This document shows positions 58,564 to 64,000 of a stretch of 64,000 nt of DNA, one piece after another; the first letter of the stretch is position 1, and the number at the start of each line of letters is the position of its first letter. Both the position numbers and the translations under genes were made by a program. Where the stretch lies: positions 256,001-320,000 of the forward strand of contig CAXXVZ010000003.1 of assembly GCA_963678065.2 (NCBI GenBank), written 5' to 3'. The notes under the pieces were generated by a model. The model worked only from the letters and a program-made list of their open reading frames with translations, did no database searches and had not been told where the DNA came from. Source of the DNA: Treponemataceae bacterium (GTDB taxonomy: Bacteria; Spirochaetota; Spirochaetia; Treponematales; Rectinemataceae).

Positions 58564-59346
58564 TTAGATTCGGGGCAGTTTTGCGAGTTCCCCGTCATCG
58601 AAGTCGCCGGGGATCATCGAAGCCGTGTCGTAGTCCGGCGAGATGAGGAGTCCCACCGCGAGGCATGCGAGGAAATAGTCCTCGTGCCTCTCTCTCGGAT
58701 AGAGCGGGACGAGGTATGGCCCCTTCCGCTCGAAAGCGCCGGCGACAAACCTGTCGACACGGCGCCAATGTTTTTCCGTATACGTTTTTGTGAATCCGTC
58801 AAACTCAAAGAGAGCCCGGACGAGGCCCGCGAGTTGGACTGGGGGCACGAGCTCCTCGGTGATATCGTGCGCTTCTTCCTGATTCCTGAAAAGAAGTACT
58901 CCCGGCGAGAGCGCTGAAGGGCAGGGAAGGAGGGCTGTGGCCACGGAGACCTGCACTTCGCCGTTTCCGTTCCTCTCTTCAAGATACTCGCCGAAAGGAC
59001 GCAGAATCCGCAATTCCGCCTCTCCCCTCTCGCCGAGCGCGCGCAGTGCCGCTGTTTCCGACCTGTAAAACAGGACATATGTGTAGGCTGGCCATCGGCG
59101 GAGAAGCTCTTTCCTGAGCCTGGCTTCCCAGGGCGAGGGCATGGGTCTCGAAAGCCCCATGTCGATGGCCGCCTTGAGGCTTGTACCGATGCCGCTTCCT
59201 TTCGCGCCAAGAATCGCGCGTCCGCCATCCATCCACAGGTCGAGAAAGCGTTCGCCCGAGTACGCGTACAGCCGCCAGAGTCTCGCCCTCCTGATTCCGG
59301 GGAGGTTTCGTAGAAGCCGGTCCGTCTCCGCCGTGACTGCGCGCAT
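58564..59346 (-). CDS. Hypothetical protein resembling a degenerate class III aminotransferase fold
   Basis: RRARLWRLY..SGERFLDL..GGRAILG resembles the AT-III N-terminus; no PLP-lysine motif seen; GGAGGAG RBS. Confidence 0.6.
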   Translation of the reverse strand: MRAVTAETDRLLRNLPGIRRARLWRLYAYSGERFLDLWMDGGRAILGAKGSGIGTSLKAAIDMGLSRPMPSPWEARLRKELLRRWPAYTYVLFYRSETAALRALGERGEAELRILRPFGEYLEERNGNGEVQVSVATALLPCPSALSPGVLLFRNQEEAHDITEELVPPVQLAGLVRALFEFDGFTKTYTEKHWRRVDRFVAGAFERKGPYLVPLYPRERHEDYFLACLAVGLLISPDYDTASMIPGDFDDGELAKLPRI

Positions 59347-59348
59347 GC

Positions 59349-61739
59349 TCAGCTCCTCCACGCTTCTAGTTTCGTGGTGAATTTAGGGAAGAACTGGGCC
59401 TGTTTGCCGGTTTCGAAGCGAACGACGACGAGAGGGCCCGCGCTCGGTGTCGGGCTGACCTTGAGGATGACCCCCGCGCCATATTCGTCGTGGTAGACCG
59501 CCATGCCCGCGTGCCAGATCTGCTCGGGAGCCTTGGCCGGCCCGGAAACTGCCCTCGGGCGTCCGCTTCCCGGGTAAGAAGCAGTCTGCGCGCCGTAGCC
59601 TGTCCCGGAGCGAGCAGGCATCTGCGAAGAGGCGTAGCCGCCTTTGCCCTGCAGGAGACTTGTCTTCTTGCTCCCCACGATCTCGAGCCGTCCGGGCGAT
59701 ATCTCCGACAGGAAACGTGAGGGCGAGGTCTCGAAAAGTCTTCCGTGGAGCGTGCGCCAGCGGCAGGCCGTGAGGAGAAGCTTGTCCTTGGCCCTCGTTA
59801 TGGCGACATAGAAGAGCCTTCTCTGCTCCTCGAGATCCTCGCCGTCTTCGTCGTCGCGGGGAAAGAGCCCTTGCTCGAGACCAGTGACGATGACGAAGGG
59901 AAATTCGAGCCCCTTGGTGTTGTGCATGGTGATGAGGGTCACGGCCTCTGCACCCGATTCTTCGGCGGAGAGGCTTCTGTCCAGCTCGATCGTCTCGAGG
60001 AAATCGGAGAGGCCCTTCGCGGAGAGCGGGTAGAGTGAGGCGGCGTTGACGAGTTCGTCGAGGTTCGCGAGTTTCTGGGTTCCCGCGACCTCATCCTGGC
60101 TGCGGTGGTACTCGGCGAGTCCCGAGCGCGTCGCGACCGCCTCGACGAGGAGGGCGAGGGATTGCGAACCAGCCTCCGGTTTGGCCGCCCCGCCGTCCGA
60201 TACGGAATAAGGGATGTCGGGGATATCTTCACTCCCGGTCTCAGCGGTCTCAGCGGTGCCGGGACTATCGGTGCCGGAAACGTCGTCCTCGCCTTTCTGG
60301 GCTCCGCGGTCAGGCGGCATCATGGGAAGGCCGGCGGTGCTGCGGAAAATCTTTGCGAGGCGCAGGAATTCGGCGATGCCGGTTTTCGCCCTGCCTTTGA
60401 GGGAGCCGGACATTTCCTCCGACGCGCCCATGAGGTCGAGTCCCCTCTCTCCCGCCCGGTCGACGATGGATTCGAGGGCTGTGTCGCCGAGACCGCGGGT
60501 GGGTTTGTTCGCGATTCTCGTGAATGCAATCTCGTCGCGGGGGTTCTGCATGAAGGAGAGCCAGGCGAGGACATCTTTTACTTCTTCGCGCTCGTAGAAG
60601 CGCAGAGCCCCGACGATCCGGTAGGGGATGCCCATGCGCGGGAAGTCCTTCTCGAACCCGAGGGACTGGGCGTTCGTACGGTAGAGGATGGCGATGTCGG
60701 AGAGCCGTCCGCCCGCCTTCACGTGTTCCTTCACGACCTGGCCGCAGTAGGATGACTCCATATTCTGATCGTCGAGGAGAGCGAGGCGCGGCTTCGTTCC
60801 GCCGATCCGTTCGGCGACGAGGGTCTTGCCGAGCCTGCCCTCGTTGCGGGCGACGACTTCGCCGGCGATATCGAGGATGTTCTGGTATGAGCGGTAGTTT
60901 CTCTCGAGCTTGATGATGGTCGTGCCGGGGAAAATCCTGGGAAACTCGAGGATGTTCCGGATTTCGGCTCCCCGGAAGCGGTAGATGGACTGGTCGTCGT
61001 CCCCCACGACGCAGACGTAGGCCGAGTCTCCTGCGAGTTCCTTGAGGAGTTCGAACTGCGCGACGTTGGAGTCCTGGTACTCGTCGACGAGGATGACGCG
61101 GAAGCGCTGTCTCGTGCGGCGTCTTATGACTTCATCGTTCCGGAGAATCACGGTGGGCAGACGGATGAGGTCACCGAAGTCGACATTGCCCGTCCGCTTG
61201 AGTCTCTCCTCGTAGGTCGCGTAGATCCTGCGGAACTCAGGCTCGGCCGAGGCTTCCGAAAGGTCAGGAGCGTCGCAGGCCAGGCCGTAATCTTTGGCCC
61301 TCGCTATGGCGGAGCAGAAGCGGGAGCATTCCTTTTTCGTGTACTGGGGCAGGGCGGCGTGCAGGAGGGATGCCGAGTCGTCATCGTCGTAAATGACGAA
61401 GTTGGAGTCGAGTCCGGCCGCCGTCGCGTTCCGTCTGAGGAACCAGGCGCCGAAAGAGTGGAAGGTGCGCAGAATGGCCCGCGAGCATTCGGGCTCGATA
61501 GCCGCAGCCCGCTCGCGCATTTCGCGCGCCGCTTTGTTCGTGAAGGTCACCGCGAGGATGGACTCGGGCTCCATTCCACGCTCCCGCACGAGCCAGGCGA
61601 TTTTTGTCGTTATGACCCGCGTTTTGCCTGAGCCGGCTCCCGCCAGGATGAGGAGGGGCGAGCCCGAGTGCTTCACCGCCTCGAGCTGGGCGGGATTGAG
61701 CCTGTCCAGATAGCCGTCGTCGCGCGGGATGCCGTTCAT
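59349..61739 (-). CDS. pcrA: UvrD/PcrA ATP-dependent DNA helicase
   Basis: AGAGSGKT, TFTNKAA, VDEYQD, VGDDDQSIY, NYRS, KGLEF, RRLFYVAITRA; ATGA overlap with rimO. Confidence 0.93.
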   Translation of the reverse strand: MNGIPRDDGYLDRLNPAQLEAVKHSGSPLLILAGAGSGKTRVITTKIAWLVRERGMEPESILAVTFTNKAAREMRERAAAIEPECSRAILRTFHSFGAWFLRRNATAAGLDSNFVIYDDDDSASLLHAALPQYTKKECSRFCSAIARAKDYGLACDAPDLSEASAEPEFRRIYATYEERLKRTGNVDFGDLIRLPTVILRNDEVIRRRTRQRFRVILVDEYQDSNVAQFELLKELAGDSAYVCVVGDDDQSIYRFRGAEIRNILEFPRIFPGTTIIKLERNYRSYQNILDIAGEVVARNEGRLGKTLVAERIGGTKPRLALLDDQNMESSYCGQVVKEHVKAGGRLSDIAILYRTNAQSLGFEKDFPRMGIPYRIVGALRFYEREEVKDVLAWLSFMQNPRDEIAFTRIANKPTRGLGDTALESIVDRAGERGLDLMGASEEMSGSLKGRAKTGIAEFLRLAKIFRSTAGLPMMPPDRGAQKGEDDVSGTDSPGTAETAETGSEDIPDIPYSVSDGGAAKPEAGSQSLALLVEAVATRSGLAEYHRSQDEVAGTQKLANLDELVNAASLYPLSAKGLSDFLETIELDRSLSAEESGAEAVTLITMHNTKGLEFPFVIVTGLEQGLFPRDDEDGEDLEEQRRLFYVAITRAKDKLLLTACRWRTLHGRLFETSPSRFLSEISPGRLEIVGSKKTSLLQGKGGYASSQMPARSGTGYGAQTASYPGSGRPRAVSGPAKAPEQIWHAGMAVYHDEYGAGVILKVSPTPSAGPLVVVRFETGKQAQFFPKFTTKLEAWRS

Positions 61740-63118
61740 TCCCCGATGCCCCCGGAGTCGCCGCCGGTTCCGGCGAGGCCGACTGCCCTCGTCGGGACCG
61801 CCTCGAAGTCGACTCCGTTCAGCGCGACGATTGTGCAGCGCACGAGGCTGCCCGGGGCATGTGTCCCCCGCACGACCGTGAGGCCGTCGACATCGGGAGT
61901 CTGCATCCAGGCGCGCCCGATGCACAGTTCTTCACCCTTGATTTTCTCTTCGATGACCACGTCGACGGAAGATCCGATGAATCGCGCGAGCCGTCTGGCG
62001 GTGATGCCCACCTGGGCCTCTTCTATCGCCCTGCGGCGCGCCTCGGCTGTCTTCTTGGCGACCCTGCCTTTCATGGAGTACGAGGGAGTTCCCTCTTCGC
62101 GCGAGTAGGCGAAGGTCCCGAGCCAGTCGAGCCCGGCCCTGTCCTGGAAATCCCGCAATGTGGCGAAATCCTCTTCTGTCTCGCCGGGGAATCCGACGAG
62201 GAAGGTCGAACGGACCATGCAATCCGGAAGCCTCTCCCGGATTGCCGTGATGAGGCCGAGGTAGCTCTCTTCGTCGCCGCGACGGTTCATCGCACGAAGG
62301 AGCATCTTCGCCGCATGCTGGAATGGTATGTCGAAATAGGGGATGAGGCGGGAATCGCGGGCCATGATGTCGAGTATTTCGAGGGGAAAGTTGTCGGGAT
62401 GGATGTAGAGAATCCGTACCCGGAAGACAGGTTCCGCCGGCAGAGCCGAGAGGGCCGCGAGAAGCTCGGGCAAGGCCTGTCTTCCGTAACGGTCCTTCCC
62501 GAATGATCCGAGATCCTGGCCGACGAGGACGAGCTCGTGGATACCGCGGGCGACGAGTCCCCGGCATTCCTCCACGATATCCTCGACTTTTCGTGAGCGA
62601 AGGGATCCGCGGATGAGGGGTATCGCGCAGAAGCTGCAGCGGTTGGAGCAGCCCTCGGTGATTTTGACGTGGACCGTGCCCGCGAAATCGAAGAAACGTT
62701 CTCTGCAGTAGACGGGTTCGTCGTAGTCGGCGGTCGACGCCGATTCCGCGTCCGAGACGGCCACGGGCCGTTTTCCCGCGACGGTAGCCTCCGCGGTGGC
62801 GACGATAGCCGAGAAATCCGTGTTGCCGGCGATCCCGTCGGCCTCCGCCATGTCGAGCGCGAGTTCCGCGGAATAGCGCTGGGAGAGGCATCCTGCGACG
62901 AGGATTTTCTTCTCGGGATACGCGGCCTTGAGGGACATGATGGCGTCCACCGATTCGCGCTTGGCAGATTCGATGAAGCCGCAGGTGTTGACGATGACGA
63001 GTTCGGCCTCCGCCGCCGAGTCGACCCAGCTGTGGCCGGCGTTCTCGAGTCGGGTCGAGATTTCCTCGCCGTCTACCTGGTTTTTGGCGCAGCCATGGTT
63101 GTCTATCCAGAATTTCAT
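61736..63118 (-). CDS. rimO: Ribosomal protein S12 methylthiotransferase
   Basis: GCAKNQVD, VNTCGFI, EGCSNRCSFCAIP, TPDVDG TRAM region. Confidence 0.95.
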   Translation of the reverse strand: MKFWIDNHGCAKNQVDGEEISTRLENAGHSWVDSAAEAELVIVNTCGFIESAKRESVDAIMSLKAAYPEKKILVAGCLSQRYSAELALDMAEADGIAGNTDFSAIVATAEATVAGKRPVAVSDAESASTADYDEPVYCRERFFDFAGTVHVKITEGCSNRCSFCAIPLIRGSLRSRKVEDIVEECRGLVARGIHELVLVGQDLGSFGKDRYGRQALPELLAALSALPAEPVFRVRILYIHPDNFPLEILDIMARDSRLIPYFDIPFQHAAKMLLRAMNRRGDEESYLGLITAIRERLPDCMVRSTFLVGFPGETEEDFATLRDFQDRAGLDWLGTFAYSREEGTPSYSMKGRVAKKTAEARRRAIEEAQVGITARRLARFIGSSVDVVIEEKIKGEELCIGRAWMQTPDVDGLTVVRGTHAPGSLVRCTIVALNGVDFEAVPTRAVGLAGTGGDSGGIGE

Positions 63119-63124
63119 GCTTGT

Positions 63125-64000
63125 TTAGTCATTCTCCACGGCACTCATGACCCAGGAGCCTTCGGATTGAGACCATCCGATGCGTTTTACCGCGACTTCT
63201 CCGGGTGCGCCCAGTTCGAGATCGGCGGTTTTCCCGCCCGATGCCGTGATGGTTATCTTCGCGGCCTGGGCATTGGATGCCCATACGACGAGGGAATTGT
63301 CCGCATTCACCGTTATGGTCTCGCCTTTGGAGTAGTAGCGCTCTTTCCACTCCCTCCTGTCGGCCTCGTAACGGAACATGCAGGCCGCGCGGAAGGTGAT
63401 GGTCGCGACGAAGGGGTAGGGTCCTTTGCTGGAGCGGAAGAGTATCCCGGTTTTCCGGGCGGTCGGCTCGGCGCTCTGGATATCGTTCGGGCCGACAGTT
63501 ATGTCGGTGCTCGCCGTGCTGTCGGGGGATTTCTGGGCAAAATACTCGATGCGGATGAGGGCTCCGGATCTCCCTTCTTTCCGGGCGAAATCGGCGACGG
63601 TCAGCTTCAGTTCGGGAACCTTGTCCTTGTTGAAGTCGATGTGGGTCTCTTCCCCGAGCATGAGGGAGAGAAGCCCGAGAGGCGTCTCGATGTTGACTGT
63701 GTCGGTGATGCTCGCGAGCCTGAGTTTGTAGGTATCCGTGTCGATGACGGCGAGGATGCTGTCGCCGGGGTAGATCCGCTTCTCGAAGGCCGATCCTTCG
63801 ATCCTGTACTCCACGGGAAGGGCCGGCTTGCCGGCGCTGGAGTAGTCGCCTCCCTGGTTTCTGCCTTTGACGATGAAGAAGGCCGAAACGGCGACGATGA
63901 GGACCGCGAGGATTGCGAGTGCCGGAACGAGCGAGGGGAATCGTGCGCTGACAGGTTTTTTTTCGCCCGTCCTTTTCGTGATTGATGCAAAAGCCTTGTC
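63125..64000 (-). CDS. RodZ-like single-pass membrane protein (5'-partial)
   Basis: Frame of ORF 63125-63814 stays open to the window edge and includes the TM segment LAILAVLIVAVSAFFIV; beta-rich C-terminus; directly upstream of rimO. Confidence 0.6.
   Translation of the reverse strand, partial: DKAFASITKRTGEKKPVSARFPSLVPALAILAVLIVAVSAFFIVKGRNQGGDYSSAGKPALPVEYRIEGSAFEKRIYPGDSILAVIDTDTYKLRLASITDTVNIETPLGLLSLMLGEETHIDFNKDKVPELKLTVADFARKEGRSGALIRIEYFAQKSPDSTASTDITVGPNDIQSAEPTARKTGILFRSSKGPYPFVATITFRAACMFRYEADRREWKERYYSKGETITVNADNSLVVWASNAQAAKITITASGGKTADLELGAPGEVAVKRIGWSQSEGSWVMSAVEND

Noticed and set aside
61740..61925. N-terminal extension of the helicase ORF
   Set aside because: Lies inside rimO; ATG 61739 overlaps the rimO stop and directly precedes the helicase motifs.
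62669..63990. 438-aa + strand ORF, and an apparent frameshift between 63607-63990 and 63125-63814
   Set aside because: The first is an antisense shadow. The 63125 frame is itself open to the window edge, so no frameshift is needed.
1..64000. tRNA, rRNA, riboswitch or ops/JUMPstart elements
   Set aside because: None recognisable by eye; a covariance-model search (tRNAscan-SE, Rfam) would be needed to exclude them.

Overview
The window has three parts. (1) About 1-31.9 kb is a horizontally assembled, mostly AT-rich surface-polysaccharide biosynthesis region: Wzy-like polymerase, GT4 glycosyltransferases, WecB/WecC, an FnlA/QnlA/QnlB-type 6-deoxy-L-HexNAc pathway, a bacillosamine-type aminotransferase/dehydratase, acyltransferases, two phosphoglycosyl transferases, and a radical-SAM/methyltransferase/deacetylase module. 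It is heavily invaded by IS elements, including a nested ISL3[IS21][IS1634] stack with intact target duplications, IS630, ISAzo13, IS3/IS5/IS1634 remnants and a 53-bp IS21-type mini-element. (2) About 32-46.4 kb is the export and initiation block: a giant ~3550-aa Wza/KpsD-like protein with ~29 SLBB-like modules and a 2529-bp internal tandem repeat, a kinase-less Wzz-like co-polymerase and two tandem WecA-like genes. (3) About 46.5-64 kb is GC-rich backbone: class III cyclase-ATPase, acyl-CoA ligase, a large putative lipoprotein, glgA, EamA, pcrA/uvrD, rimO and a RodZ-like gene. The gene content suggests a spirochaete (inference, not verified). The giant repeat-expanded export protein is the best candidate for an undescribed system. 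All calls come from motif recognition by eye; no searches were run.
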